Source: Nemertoderma westbladi
Lineage: Eukaryota > Animalia > Xenacoelomorpha
Assembly (NCBI GenBank): GCA_032718475.1
Contig: JAUCBJ010007107.1
Location: forward strand, 1 to 64,000
DNA length: 64,000 nucleotides
Reading direction: 5' to 3'
The position numbers were made by a program, and so were the translations under genes. Positions 10,400-24,153 of the stretch are shown here, piece after piece (within the stretch, counting starts at the first letter, position 1; every line of letters begins with the position of its first letter). The notes beneath the pieces are model-generated. The model was not told where the DNA came from, searched no databases, and saw nothing but the letters and a program-made list of their open reading frames with translations.

Positions 10400-13300
10400 T
10401 ATTGCGTTAATTCATTTCTCAACCTGTACAGCTCCATCTGAACATTTGTAGGTACAATAATCCATGCGCGAGCCCACCAACCTTTAAAACACACTTAGTT
10501 CTGTTGTTAGTTGTGATTATATTGTATTATTGGTTGTTGTTGTTGTCTATTTTGTATTATAATTTTATGTACATTAAACTGTTTCCGCATAAATGTAAAA
10601 ATTCTGGGTTCCACATTTTGTCGTCTTAGTATTCTTATAGAGGGGATTAAAGCCTCCCACGCCAATTTACTTTAATATGATTCACCTTCCAATTGCGGAA
10701 GACACCTTGGTGTGCGGTATGTAGACGATGGATTATCTCTGCTCGTATCCCTGCAGGAACGACAATTTGGGATCCAAGGTAAACAAGGCCATCCTGTACT
10801 GAATAGTCATTTATATTGTTTTCATAAATACATAATTCCTTTGGGATGTTTTTACCAGATATGCCGATATGCCTCTTATTACTGCATACAAAATAAGTTT
10901 ATAATTGTCATCATGTAATGCAGCATCATATAAAAGCTTGTGGGAAGGATCAATTTCTCTTGTGCTATCAAAAGCAACCCGTTTGACATGCAGGGCAATT
11001 AGCAACCTGTTTGACATGCAGGGCAATTTCATCTGCTTGCTTAACATCTTCAGTTGCGGGTTTAGAAACGGGACACCCATAAAGTGTGTCAGCAAAAGTG
11101 TTTTTCTTCCCAGGAATCCATTCCGCAGTGAAATTGCAGCCACTTAAGCTTTTCTTTTAATTTCTGGAGACGTAAGTTCTCAATATAATTTATAGATCGA
11201 AGTGGTTTGTGGTTGGTTCTAATCAGAGAAGTTTGGACTCCCTTGTAAGTAAACCCGGGGTTTCTTTACTGCCCAAACGACTGCCAAGAGCTCGAGTTCA
11301 ACTACTTCCCAGTTGGCTTGGGAAGTTGGATGTAGTGAAATGGCTTCCACATATGTTGAAAATAGGGTGAATTGATTTGTGAGTCCCAGAAACGAGTTAA
11401 GTTCTGTTATGTTTCGTGGGATTTGAATATCGTGAATTACCCAAGTTTTTCCGGATCCCCTTTGATGCCATCTCATCCGATCCTAAGTCCAACAAACTGT
11501 ACTTCTGGACGTCCAAAGATAAATTTCTCCTTACTGAGGGTGATCCCGTACTTACGGCATTTACCTTGTGATGTTCCTCAAATGTAACGGTGTGTACCAA
11601 TATATGATCTACAATTTTTCCAATGTTATCTATTCCTGTCCTTGCTAAATCTCCCCAGACGTAAAAATTTATACGGTGCGATGTAATAAGGGTTGTTAGA
11701 GCCTGGCAGCCTGGATGTAGTGGGATATGTCAGTATCCCTTAACTGCATCAAGAGATGAGAATAAATTGCAGCCTGGCGATATATTTTCGATAATATCTG
11801 CGGGACAAACATAGGGATAAACAAACAGGCCTCTCAACATATTCGTTAAGGCGGGAATATTCTAACCCCTCCACGTGGTTTTTCCACAACTACCATTGGT
11901 GATACCCAGGGTGAAGGGGGATCACCCAGCTCTATCTTTTGTATGATTCCAAGTTGCAACATGCGGTCTAATTCTAACTTTGTTACAGTTTCAAGGGGAA
12001 GTTGTACCTTTCGTGTAGTGTAGATCTTGAAAGGTTGTGTCCCTTGCTTTAGAATGATTTCCATTGGAGGTATGTTCATTGGTTTAAATATACTTGTATT
12101 GAAAACATCAGAAAATTCCTCGATGACCAGATTTCTGGCAGTGTCAATACTAGATACTTCATCAATGATGATATTTTGTGGTACTGGGCATATTTAGTGA
12201 TAAACAGGTGTGCCAGGGTAATATGAAAGTGGATCCTATTTTGGAAACTGGCCTGAATATTAACGGATGAGTTATAATATTGAACTGTTAATTAATTGAA
12301 TTGTACCACACGATTCAATGATTTGGCAATTTGCTTCATATATTTGATGGATAATTTATTGTACAGTAATCTCAATATTTCGTTCTACATTATGAGTAGT
12401 GAGGAGGGAAAATAGTATGCTGGCAGCGTCAGCACCAGTGTCTTGTAGTGCAGTGACTGTAAAATTGTATATAGTGTATAGTAATATAGTGAAGGTACAC
12501 TTGCTGACAACCAACTTTTCTGGCAACCAACTCATGGAAAGCGTAGTCGTGGACGACCGGCCATAACATATATAGATCAACTTGAAAGGGATACTGAACG
12601 AAATTGAAAATTGAGAAACGAAATTGCGACAACTATGGAGAATCGGGAAGCCTGGAAGGATCTCATTTCCACTGTCCGAGTTCGCTCGACCTAGTAGTAG
12701 TACAGTAGTACACTTGCTGAATGCCTGAAGATTTACACACTGGTGAGAAATGACCTGATTTTCTACACTTATTTCATGTCCTGTTTCGGGCGGGACATTG
12801 CAAACGATTGGATGGCCTCATGTGATACAGCAGATTAGAAATTAATATTTGTGCTTGCAGAGGTCCTGTGAAACAGCTGTTTCATTAGTTAGTTATATGG
12901 TGGGAATTGATGTTTATGTCAGAGGATATTGCATTTGTTTCAGTTTCTCCTTTTTCATGAGTAATGCACACTGTTCGCACATCCTTTAAATTAAATTTTT
13001 TATTTAGGGAGAGCAAAAAGTTTTTTTTGAAGCTCCTTGTCACAAATACCAGAACAAATTTGAGTAGTTAGTGTCTCCTCAGCGCAAGGGCAACCTGAAC
13101 TCGGCTCAGTGACCTCTTGTAGACTTATAATCCTGTCAAAAAATTATTCAAATGATTCTCCTTCAGCCTGGAAACTCTTACTAAAAGGGACACGACGGCG
13201 TATGAGGCTCATTTTCTCAGCGTAGTACAATTGAAGAACATCTAATGTTTCTTCGACAGATTTGTTAGTATTCTCAGTGAGGCCCATGTGATCCTCATTT

Positions 13301-14200
13301 TAGTGAGCATGTCTGTTGAAATACATGACCGTAATTGTGCAACTTGGCTGCTTTGGTCAACTTGATCAAGATGATTGGAAGTGTAACAATCATTACATTT
13401 AGCACGCCAATAACGGAATGTCGCAAGTGTCAGTGAACTAACCAGTGCATTTGGTTGGCATGAACGGTCAATGCGGTGATTTGTCGCCATTCGGAAAATT
13501 CCAGGAGCACTAGGATGCGGAATTTCAGGGCCTTGGATCGCCTAATATTGCGACCTTAGCTTTTCATGGTCGCGCTCAAGGAAAAACACCTCATTTGAAA
13601 ATGTGTCAATGCGTGACACAGCCAAGTCATCTGGTGCAGGTTGTTCAATTATTGTTACCAAATCGTTCTGATCGACGATTTGGAGAGCGCATCTTTAAAG
13701 CCACTGAGCATGCGTGCTAGCATGTCAAAATCCAAAATGTCGAGATTTTCAGCGGGAACTGCCATAAGGCATTAATTGTGTTTTGAAACGAATTTTAGCC
13801 TTGTTGGTTCGACCAAAAAAAACAGCTCTCGGGAAACTTTGGCAGTTTTAAGAGCATCAGGATCGACCTTTTGTGCCATTATTGGTTTTGATTTTACTGT
13901 GTATACTCTTACAAGGTTTGTGGAGAGGTCCCGCTTCATTATGATGAAAAACATAAGAAAATGCGTAGTTTAACTAAACTACTCGCATCGCCATGTTCGG
14001 TGACCCCCCAGGCAGTCAACGAACTTAGATAAATGTAAATCAATATTAAATAAAGCAACTAACAACGTTTAATAATAATGATAATGATAATATATTCACT
14101 TTAGAATTGACAATATATCAACCCACAACCAAACAGTGAAACAGTGACCAGATGATTGGTTGCACTACTGAATAAGTTTAACCAGCTGAGACTGTGTATA
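10400..14200 (-). mobile_element. Decayed Ty3/Gypsy LTR retrotransposon (gag-PR-RT-RH-IN fragments); boundaries approximate
   Basis: Minus-strand fragments: protease LQDTGADA (about 12430-12450), RT LELDRMLQLGIIQKI...PWVSPMVVVEKPRGGVRI (11846-12079), RNase H ELELLAVVWAVKK (11219-11476), GSQIVVP near 10770; LTR end ...aaca followed by TGG-type PBS tggcgatgcgag at 13993-13982. Confidence 0.8.
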
Positions 14201-14760
14201 TCCCTTTGCTGCTCGAATTATTTTTACTGGTTTAAAATTTTTTTTAGGTGAGATAGATAAACTGAAAACAGTCTAAAAGAACACACTAATGCCAAAAAAT
14301 TTATTTTTTTTATTATTTTAATATTTTTAATGAATGTTGTTGAGGAACAACAATGAGCATTAATGGTAGCAATAATATTTGGTATAATAGTATCCGATTC
14401 ATCTTCCCCACTATCATTACTATCTGGTATGACAATTGAATACACCTTCTCTTTGTTCTGGTACCGAACTACTACTACTAGGATCGGCATGCTGTATTGG
14501 AGCTGCATTTTTCAGAAAGCTTTGTCGGCTTGTCGACAAAATTTCGCCGCCACAACTCCCTATAACCCATATCATTTGCTAGAACATCCGCATCTTCAAA
14601 GCCAGTGTCCTTCTAGATGCGTCTCAAGAAAGTCATGGGCTGTCTACCATGCTTATTTGCTCCATGAGAGCGCCAAAGCACAAGGTTATGCACTGGCTGG
14701 CCATTACGGCGAAAGCAATGTCCTGCAAAGAGTGTTCAAGTGTCAAGCTAGTGAAGATTA

Positions 14761-16421
14761 GGCTCATTCCAAAGTAAAGTACGGGACATTCGTACACAAT
14801 TTTAAACTTTGATTGCCTGTACAATGTTATCCACAGCACATATGTGCACAAAATTGTGCTTAGATTGAACTTTCGAATATCAGCTTTGATTTCGCTAAGC
14901 TTATGGCGGGACTTAGTCACTTTTGAGAAAACACCAGCTTGTCCAATTAAGGTAAAGTACGGATTCGTACGAAATGGTTTTTTTTATGTTATGATTTCAA
15001 TTCTAAAATTTAGCGAATTGTGCGCAGGTACGGTGTTGAGTTGATGTTTAGGATAAAGCTGTATTATTAAGCTTAAATAAAAATATAAATATCAGACGAA
15101 TTGCTACATTGCTAATTTTTTACAGTTGGTGTGTGTGGTAAAGTATGGGACATTGCTAAGTAAAGTACGGGACCTGTACGAATTTTATGGTCAAAATGGT
15201 CTCTTACACTTAAATTAACAGTAATTTCTGGATAATTAGTGATAATAAAGTGGAACTAAGTATTTCCAACCAAGATATGGATGCAAAATGTGGGGCGACC
15301 CACAAATTGACCCGAAGTCTTAGCATATGGATGCCGTTGAGGAGTTGTCTGTCTTCTGTCTAATTTTTGATCGCTAATACTGTATAACTCCATACTTGGT
15401 ACGTATGAAGTCTGTCAAAAGTTTGGAAATAATCTGAAGTTTAAGGAATCAAAGGTCACATATCAGACATTCTGTCTGTTGGTACCGATAGTTTCAAAAT
15501 TTTGATAAAAACCGAAATAAGTCCGCCAATCATTGATGAAATACTGTATAACCAAACTTGGTACACATGTATTCTGTGAAAAGTTTAGAAATTCTTTCCA
15601 TTTTTCTGAAAATGTACCGGTATCAATTACTGTACTTACCGATCTTCTTATCTGCTAAAAAACTAAATTTTTTGAAATTTGTTGTAAAGTACGGGACTTT
15701 ACATGCATAAACTCAAAGATTAGTTAACTGAGGAATGATTCTTAGTTCAAATACATACTTCTATGCTTCCCACTACTATCACCCTAAAGCATTATAACAC
15801 TCCTGCCTATGACCTTAGAGTATTATAACACTCATGGCTTCACATATTACATTAATACAGTGCACTAAAATATAATCGCCATTTTAATGGTAAAGTATGG
15901 GACAATTTTAAATTGGCCGCCATGATATTTCTGAGGGAGTGAAGATGAAACTAATTGTCTTATAAGATGACGCAACTCAAACGTGCTTTGCATTTAACTG
16001 GGTGATTAGGCTGAGTTACATCTCTGTGAATAAACTAAAAATTTCACTATTTTAGGTAAAGTATGGGACATCACATGATTAACTTTATCGATTTCATTAC
16101 AGAGGAATTAAACACTGGTGAAATTAAATGAAACCAAAAAAATTCGAAAATGGGTTTGTTTTTGATTTGGTACATGCTCAGAAATGTTAATTTATTGGTC
16201 ATAGAAAGTGCCTACAAGAAACGAAACTTTTGCACACTTTTATTCACATTTTGTGCAGAGCAGGTGCATAATTTGTAATTCGACTATTTTTGAGAAACCA
16301 CCTGTGTTGATACAATTTTTAGCACTGAATTCAGGAAGTACGATAAATTTTGACCTAAAAGAAGCATAAATTCAAAGCTACATCTCATTTTTCGAAATTA
16401 TTTTTCGAAATGGAATGAGCC
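14761..16421. mobile_element. Non-autonomous TIR element with 11-bp TIRs and internal taaagta(c/t)gggac repeats
   Basis: ggctcattcca at 14761 and tggaatgagcc at 16411-16421; atta on both flanks; motif taaagtaYgggac recurs near 14775, 15139, 15161, 15685, 15891, 16056. Confidence 0.65.
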
Positions 16422-17649
16422 ATTAATGGAACACCTCCAATGCTGTATAGAGTTTGGGTTGGAGATGTGTTCATTGTACTTGACAGAGTGAACTCTGCGC
16501 AGCATTCTTGTGAAAGTGCCTGTGAAAGTGTGAAATAAAAACTAATAACAGTGTAATTATAGCTTTCTTAAACTTAAATGGGCAATGTTGTTGTGGGACA
16601 ACAACCTTTAAAACACTACCCACTTGGTTAAAATCTATTAAAATCTATTGGAGCATTCGAAAACCACCTTAGACATGTTTTCCTATCTACTCAATTTTTT
16701 TGGAACGGAAAAATTAAAGGGAATTGTCTTTTTTAACAATATAAATGCACATGTTTTTTCAATTACCGCTTGTTGAAGCATAGGCTCACAATATGTAAGC
16801 CAATGTTCAAATTTCCATCTGGAAAGCAAAGGAAACTGATCCTCAGGTACAAGAAACATGTTGACAACCCATATCAACCAATCAGATTTCACATATTACT
16901 GTACCATTCTGAGATTAGGAGAGCCAATAATAGGAATGTTGTTCCGGAACAACACTGAGCAGCAAAGGGATATGCAATGCATGTGCAATGGTGCAATATA
17001 ATGTAATATAAACCATATTAGTACTTTAACTATATTGCTTACTGATGGAATACCATACAAGTTGCTAATACATTTATCATGTATATAGTTATATAATCCC
17101 GTCTAAAATAATTTAAAAAAACGTGAAATATTAATAAACAATATAACATACAATATAACATAATAACTTTTCATAAATTATTATTTATCAACAATAAAGA
17201 CACGGGTCGACTATAGCATTTTGTATATTTATATCCAATAATTAATAATAATTTAAAAATAAGGGGAGGGGGGGGGGGGGGGGGGGTTGGGATAGAATAA
17301 ATATGGTGCCATGTTGGTCTCCCGGTAGCAGCGGTTCTCGGGGAGGTTGAATGACTTCTTTATGCAGGAGGCATTCTCGGCTGGGATAGCGATTCGGAGA
17401 GGTTGACGCAGAAACTCTGTACCTCTTATTGTCGATGACCTACGGGTGGTGGTTTAACTGCCGTAAGAACGCTAAGGATGAAGATGGCCTATGCCACCAA
17501 GTGTCTCAACAGCGACAGGCTGGACTAAATAAAGTCTATGGAAAAGTTCCAACACTGTCAGTCCTTCAGCTACTGATGAACCATCTAAGTCTTTCTCAGG
17601 TGTCGATTTGTAATGGAATTTAATATAAAAAGCTTCAGTTCATAAGAGT

Positions 17650-18110
17650 CGTATCTTTGGCGTAAACTTTTCGTGTTAGCACCAAATTTTTTTGCTACCA
17701 CCGCAAAAAAATAAAATTTTGAGATGTCTAGTGTCATTATAATTTATTTCCATCAGATTCAGTACTCCCATAAAACGCAAGAAATTAATCCATATATTAA
17801 TAAATTGGATGTTTTAAATCTGGATACTGGATAAATAAAAAATAATAAATACTGGATGAATTGGAAGTGATAAAAAGATGCCAAAATCAATTGATGGATT
17901 TTCAAATTTGATAATAGCGCCAAATTTAGCACCCAATCAAATACAAGTTTGAGTTTTCTAGTGCAATTTTTATTTATTCCATCGCTGATATAATGTTTCT
18001 TTTCTACATACAATAATAGTTGAGAAACAATTAACCAAATAGGCGGACATTTTGGTGCTAACACCAACATTTGACAACCGCTGAAGAATACCAAGTTTGA
18101 AATTCCTAGC
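17650..18110 (-). repeat. Fragment of a dispersed repeat, inverted relative of the element at 63300-64000
   Basis: tttgagatgtctagt...atttccatcagattcag is reverse-similar to ctgaattcaatggaaaat...actagacatctcaaa (63919-63962); shared ttggtgcta(a/g)cac motifs. Confidence 0.55.
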
Positions 18111-18618
18111 ATTCAGTATTTATATTTATTCTATCGGATTGAAAACCTAACAATTCAGTGTAAGTCAAAAAATTGGGAGGGTACAAATCACATTTCATGC
18201 AATCGAATTTTCAAAAACGTCTCTAAAATAGGGCAAAAGTAGTGATAAAAAATGGTGCCATTTCTGGAAAAGAAACCAATGCACTTAAAAATCGATTTCA
18301 TTTTTAGAGGGTACAGTAAAATATTTTTTTAGGAAAAAGTCGCAAGATTTCCCAATATAACAAAATTTGAGATATAACAATAAAGCAGGCAACATTGAAT
18401 TGTTTAAACAAAGATACGCCCCAAGCGGGGCATATGGTTTGACCAATGAGAGTGATAAAAGTTTACAGCAATATGACCCTACAGGTATGTCGGGAAATAA
18501 ACACCTCGGGATATAAATTCAATAGGATTATACCGGAGAAACTCAAGTATGGATAATAATAATACACAAATATTCGTAGAATTACCTTCACCAGTAAATA
18601 GTTGATTTCCAACAAACT

Positions 18619-19296
18619 TTAGAATCTAAAAACCCCAAGAAATATGATTCCAACTAGAAGCTGAAAGGTCAGATCAATGTTATCGGATCCGCTTGTTTCT
18701 GTTGAGGTTTCCATGACAACCATGCTGGTTGTTTCTGCTACGGCATCATCCTTCCACGTAACAGGAGGACATTCGCTACCGGTACCGTTGCAGCATTGTA
18801 CTTGACACGACTTGCCTGTTATTACTGAAGCTAGACTCTCCAGCCATCCAACTATCCTTATAAAAAGATAGAAGTCATCCGACATACTATCCCGGTCTCT
18901 CTCTACAGCGATGTTGTACTGAAGTGTGCATGTAGCCTCGTTCAGATCTAAACACTTCTCCCAACATTCTATATACGAGTAATAGAACATAACCTCATCC
19001 TTGTCTTTGAAATCATCACCCGGAATACCGGAGAATCTCACATGTATGATGCCGCAAGAATTGCAGTTCGTTGCAATGCTTGTTGAGTTGAACCAATAAT
19101 GGTTGTTTTGTGTTACTATGAGATCTACCAAGGCATCTTCAATAAAGGATTGTAATTCTTTGTTGTCTGACTTTACAAAAACGGAATATCCAACTTCACA
19201 AGAAACTCCTACACAAATAGTTACACAAAATAATGACAAACTAATGGCTATTATGATTGGCACTTTGGAATATTCCATCTCTATGACTACAATCAT
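18619..19296 (-). CDS. Putative secreted, GPI- or TM-anchored Cys-rich protein (225 aa, unknown family)
   Basis: Hydrophobic signal-peptide-like N-terminus (IIIAISLSLFCVTICVG), multiple Cys, S/T-rich stalk, hydrophobic C-terminus (FQLLVGIIFLGVFRF); upstream splice acceptor tttttgtatctgcag ending at 19321 on the minus strand. Confidence 0.6.
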   Translation of the reverse strand: MIVVIEMEYSKVPIIIAISLSLFCVTICVGVSCEVGYSVFVKSDNKELQSFIEDALVDLIVTQNNHYWFNSTSIATNCNSCGIIHVRFSGIPGDDFKDKDEVMFYYSYIECWEKCLDLNEATCTLQYNIAVERDRDSMSDDFYLFIRIVGWLESLASVITGKSCQVQCCNGTGSECPPVTWKDDAVAETTSMVVMETSTETSGSDNIDLTFQLLVGIIFLGVFRF

Positions 19297-21023
19297 TCAT
19301 TTACATATTTCCATAATGAACTGCAGATACAAAAATGTTTACTAAGTTTGGACCCATCTCTTCATCATTCAGCTCTTATTTATTATTACTTAATTTCAAT
19401 TTCATGTATTGCAGGTTTATTATATAACTTATTGACTTCTTAAATATCTTTTAACGACTTCTTTAACTTTTAGCGTTAACCACGTCATTCACATTTAATA
19501 ATACAGTCTAAACCGCGGTAGAATGAGTTTCCTCATCAGATAGAAAATTGAAACAATGAATTATTGTAAACTGAAACTAATTAATTATTGTAGAAAGAAA
19601 TATGGTGAAAAAAGTGTAACTGCGTTCTGTTGTAGGATATGTATGCCTACTAACAACAGTATTATTCGTGTAGGCCTAAAGTAGAAAAATGCCTCAAAAT
19701 AATATTCTGCTACTCAAGCTGTAACCCATTTACATACTTAGGTACAGTAGGCTACCGAGGCTGATACAGAAGCATTAGACTGTAATACTGTTTCAGCTTT
19801 ATTCAGATTGGACCTGTGAACTATTTAGTGGAATCCACCAGATCTGATCGTTATTGTGCCATTGCCAGTCTCAAGTCCGATATGAAAATCCAAATTCAGG
19901 AGGTCATGAGGCAGGTCTGGAGCAATAGGCTGCAAAAGGAGAGCCAAAGGCTCGACAGAGTCTTATGAGGAATAAATAATGCAGCCTATTTAAGGGAACT
20001 TACAAACTAAAATAAACACCAAAGTGAAAAAAAACCTCCTAAGATAGCATTTTATGAAACCCCTTTTGTTAAGTAGGCACTTTGCTTTGATCATTTTTAG
20101 GTTGATCATTAAAGGATTTTCCCAGGAGAACAGCGAAAGCTAGAACGATTCTGTTTGCGCGATCTTATAGATGTCCCAAGCGCGCACAGCAGATAAATAT
20201 TTGACAAAAATCTGGTAATTAATTAATTAGTAATTAGCGATTAAACATTTATAATTGATATTGCTCGAAAACTATTTGGTTTTCCCATAACAACGGTGTT
20301 TTTTTACGTTCATCTAGGTAAGATCTGAAAAAAGTTCAATCATCGCTATGGCCCATCTATTACTGATAATTAGTACTAATTAGCCAAAAACTAATTAGCG
20401 TCTTATCTCGAAAACGCTAAGAGCTATGAAATAAGCTGTCCGTTAGACTATAGCAATTGGAGATGAAGCATGCAACTGCTTTCGTTTCCGGCAACGATAT
20501 TTGTCTTCTTAATCGGTTGTTAAGGTTGCGTTTACAGTAATCGAAAGTTAAAATGGACCCTAAGGCTGATAGATCGCATCCAACTTTTTCAGCAATCCAA
20601 CAGGGCTGAACCAACTTTTTATAAAAGAAAAATGCCCGGCCAAACTGATTTCATTTCTTGGGGCACTTCAACGCCCTGATTCCAAAAATGATATTTACAA
20701 AATCTTTTGCCCGTGTCGTTTTCTTAAAATTACTAAATAAATTAGAAATACTATTTATAATAATGCTATATATATTATAACAAATGCCCAGACCAAATTA
20801 TATCATTTTTCGAGACTTTTAATCAACCTGGTTCCGAATCTGTTAATTTTATAATATTTCGTTGTCTTTTAGAGTAATAAATAATACAGTATTCTAAAAT
20901 AATATTCAATTTATTAATATTATATAGTAGAACTGCCTAATACTCAATTGTAGTGAATATCAACTTCTCTTACTCCTATTGCACTGATATTAGTATCATT
21001 CGAACCGCAATGGTCGATTTAGT

Positions 21024-21950
21024 GGGCGTTGAAAGATTGCAAGAAGTATCGCTTGCTGAAGGCCATTTATTATATTTAATAGATACATAAAATTCTAGAA
21101 TGAGTTATTTATTTTGGTGGTTGCTTAGCTAATCATACATAAACAAAATGTTCCAGAACATTGTGTATAATTTTTTTAAATAGAATAACTGGCCCTCAGC
21201 GAACGATACTTCTAGCAATCTTTGAACGCCCGTATCTCAGCTGTTTCTAAACGAAATTCAACAAAAATCGAATTGCATTTTGGAATCCTTGCAAAGCAAG
21301 CTTTCTAATGGTATGAAAAATTCACTAATGATTATCAATGAGATTAATTAATGTGAAGTATGGCGACAATAGGAGATGTGCAATTTCGCAAAAGACACTT
21401 TTTTAAAACGCATATTAAACAAATTTACAGGCAAAATCGAAAATGCCGGCTTCATGTGGAAATCGACGGTGAGTGGAACTAGTTGTTCAAGTAATATGAT
21501 AAAGTACGGAAGCCCATAACGGCCATGTCGCGCGCAAACTTCCATGTCAAGCGCGCAAACTTTATGCCATTTCCGTGTAGAAACATTTGCGCGCGCGACA
21601 TGGAAGTTTGCGCGCGCGACGTGTAAGTTTGCGCGCGCGACATGGAAGTCGCGCGCGCAAACTCTCATGTCGCGCGCGCAAACTTTCATGTCGCGCGCGC
21701 AAACTTCCATGTCGAGCGCGCAAATATTTCTACACGGAAATGGCATAAAGTTTGCGCGCTTGACATGGAAGTTTGCGCGCGACATGGCCGTTATGGGCTT
21801 CCGTAATAAAGACTAGTAGAAAAAGTTTGGGGGGGGGGGTGTGAAAATGACAATATATTACGGGCCACGTTGTAATTGTTAGGGAAAATAAGGTTAGTTT
21901 CAACAGGAAAAGGCTACTAGGAAAAGTTATATGGAGAGAGTATTGGGTGG
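21024..21950. mobile_element. Dispersed non-autonomous repeat (left part), interrupted by a MITE and by the BEL/Pao element; continues at 41042-41220
   Basis: 21213-21950 plus 41042-41220 is colinear with the uninterrupted copy at 62417-63058; internal inverted repeat at about 21024-21064 / 21191-21231. Confidence 0.75.
21505..21805. mobile_element. Palindromic MITE, IS3EU-like (TAC...GTA termini, 6-bp TSD)
   Basis: tacggaagcccataacggccatgtcgcgcgcaaact / agtttgcgcgcgacatggccgttatgggcttccgta; TSD ataaag 21499-21504 and 21806-21811; empty site atgataaagactag at about 62703-62716. Confidence 0.85.
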
Positions 21951-24153
21951 TGTTACGGTATATGGCGCTGTATCCACAGTATTAGTCCATTATGCAGTAT
22001 GCAGTATTAGTCCATTATGCAGTATGCAGTATTAGTCCATTATGCAGTATGCAGTATTAGTCCGTTATACTGTACGTAATATTAGTCCGTTGTGCAGTAT
22101 AATTATTTAGATAAGGCGCAGTGTGGTGACATTTAGGTAAGGAAGTTAAAACGCCCATATATTTTGCATCCATTCATTTTGTATAGTATGTAGCCCTACC
22201 TACGTAATTTTGTATTAGGATATATGTAGATAGTTCCAGGGTAGCGAGTTTACTCGGACCCTGGATTTTGTGCTTGCTGATATTAGTTTGATAGGGCTAG
22301 CATATAGGGACGCTGTCCTGGCCATTCAGCAGCCAGAGACGTGATCCATTACCATATATGGTAATAATTTGAGGGCATAGGGCTACAATCCGGTCTCCTT
22401 ATTGGATTAACTGCTTCCAGGTTGGTTTAATGCTAGCATGGACTGGAGAGCCAATGGGAGAGCGATTGAGTCACCTTATTGCATCACCCCATCCGGATCA
22501 CCTATAAATTGGCGGTGTGCCGGTAGGGCCTTTTGTTGTTCATATGTTCATGCCTTATCACATGACACACCCCTGTTACAATTTACTTGCTGAGCTGTCT
22601 CTAATTTTGTATTAGGATATCGTATTTCTGCAATTTGCTAATTCTGATTAATTTCTTGGAATGATTTGCTATTACGATTACTTTGCTTGTGTTTCTCAAT
22701 AATTCCTTCGATTACTGCAAATTACAATCGAACTATGATTTCTACCTTTGATTGATGGTTCTATGTGATTCTTTTCTGCGCAATAATCCCAAGGGATTCC
22801 TGAGACTGTCAGACTTTGTGATTTGCATGCGCCGCTACGGTAGCTATTAGCATCATGGAGGGCTAAGGTGCCAGTGGGCGGTGGGCGCATCGGGGGGTTG
22901 AGCAACTAGGAGAGAGCGGAGGATTCAAGGCGGGCAACGCTGGCCAGGGTCACCGTTGCGGGCGGGTATCTTGCACTGCGGCACGCAGACCGATCGCCGG
23001 TACAGTATCTAGGGGGCTGATGATCCAGGTTTTGTCTCTATTTAGTATTAGGGGGGCAGGAATTGGGTTAGTTAGGAATCCTAGATGTACCCGGGAGAGG
23101 CCTGCGCGTATTATAACGTTGAGTGTGGAGTACGAGTAGTGAATTGCACAATTGTAAACTGTGATTTCTAACGCTGATTGGTGTGTTATTGAAGTGTGCC
23201 TAAGATTACGAATGCTTAGATAGGCGCTCTTTTCCTTTGATTGATTTCTATTTCTTAGTTACAATAATTAGTTATTGATTAGGTCAAAGTAATACGGCAA
23301 TTTAGGCTATTACTAGCGAAACCTGTTGCGTGATAAATTAGAATTACGTATTCTGGAACTCTTAGTAATTAGTACGCTGTTAAATATTTGTGACTGTAAT
23401 TAATTAGTAAAAAAATTAAGAATTAGTACGCAGCATAGCGGAGAGTAGCTAAGGTAATAATTAGTGTACTGTAAACTATTCACGCTGAGCGGTTATTTGC
23501 ATTAGCGGGCAATCAGCTAGAACGCACTATTCGGTACGCACGATACGCTAGTAATTTTGCTGGCCTAAAGCCAGTCGGGGGCAGTTTTAGACCCGGAGTG
23601 GTACTATCCACGTAGAAACAGATACTGTACCATTTTGATATTTTAAATATTCTCGCATTCACACATTACGTTAGGGAACCTCCAGTATTCGCGATTAGAA
23701 AGACGTAGGTAATAGCGTGCTTTAATAGTGATAGAATTAGGCGTAAGAATACTCTGAGTGCAAGGCCTCTCGCACTCGTCTTAAGTAAGCTTAGGGAGCC
23801 GACTCGGGTTTACTGTTTTGGTTATTCCTGCGTGGCTCATAGATTCGAACAGTTAGCTCTCTATCGAGCAATCGGTAGAGAAAGGAACAAGCGATTTTGC
23901 AGGAGTTGTGTAAATTTAGTAAAATATATTAGCGGACGGCAGATTAGCGCCATCTAACGGTAAGTAGCAGTTTGTATTTAGCAACCCTTACAATTTAGTA
24001 ATATCACGCTCCTGAGCCCCTTTACTTAACAGTAGAGCAGTCTTTGTGTCTTATTGGTTAGACGAGAACTTATTAGGTTGGCAGAAGGATATTAACGGGT
24101 ATTGGTCTGTTCAACAGTTCTGCTGTTAGTATAGAGGTCGCGGTTGTTTATCA
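21951..24153 (+). repeat. 5' LTR of element 1 (2203 bp), with 25-bp tandem repeats cagtattagtccattatgcagtatg near its start
   Basis: tgttacggta...tttatca; near-identical to 38834-41036 (4 substitutions seen by eye). Confidence 0.97.

Noticed and set aside
21348-21816. ORFs 21348-21785 (-) and 21544-21816 (+)
   Set aside because: Artefacts of the palindromic, repetitive MITE
23016-23045. Hammerhead core CTGATGA in the element 1 LTR
   Set aside because: No helix II followed by GAAA and no closing helix I
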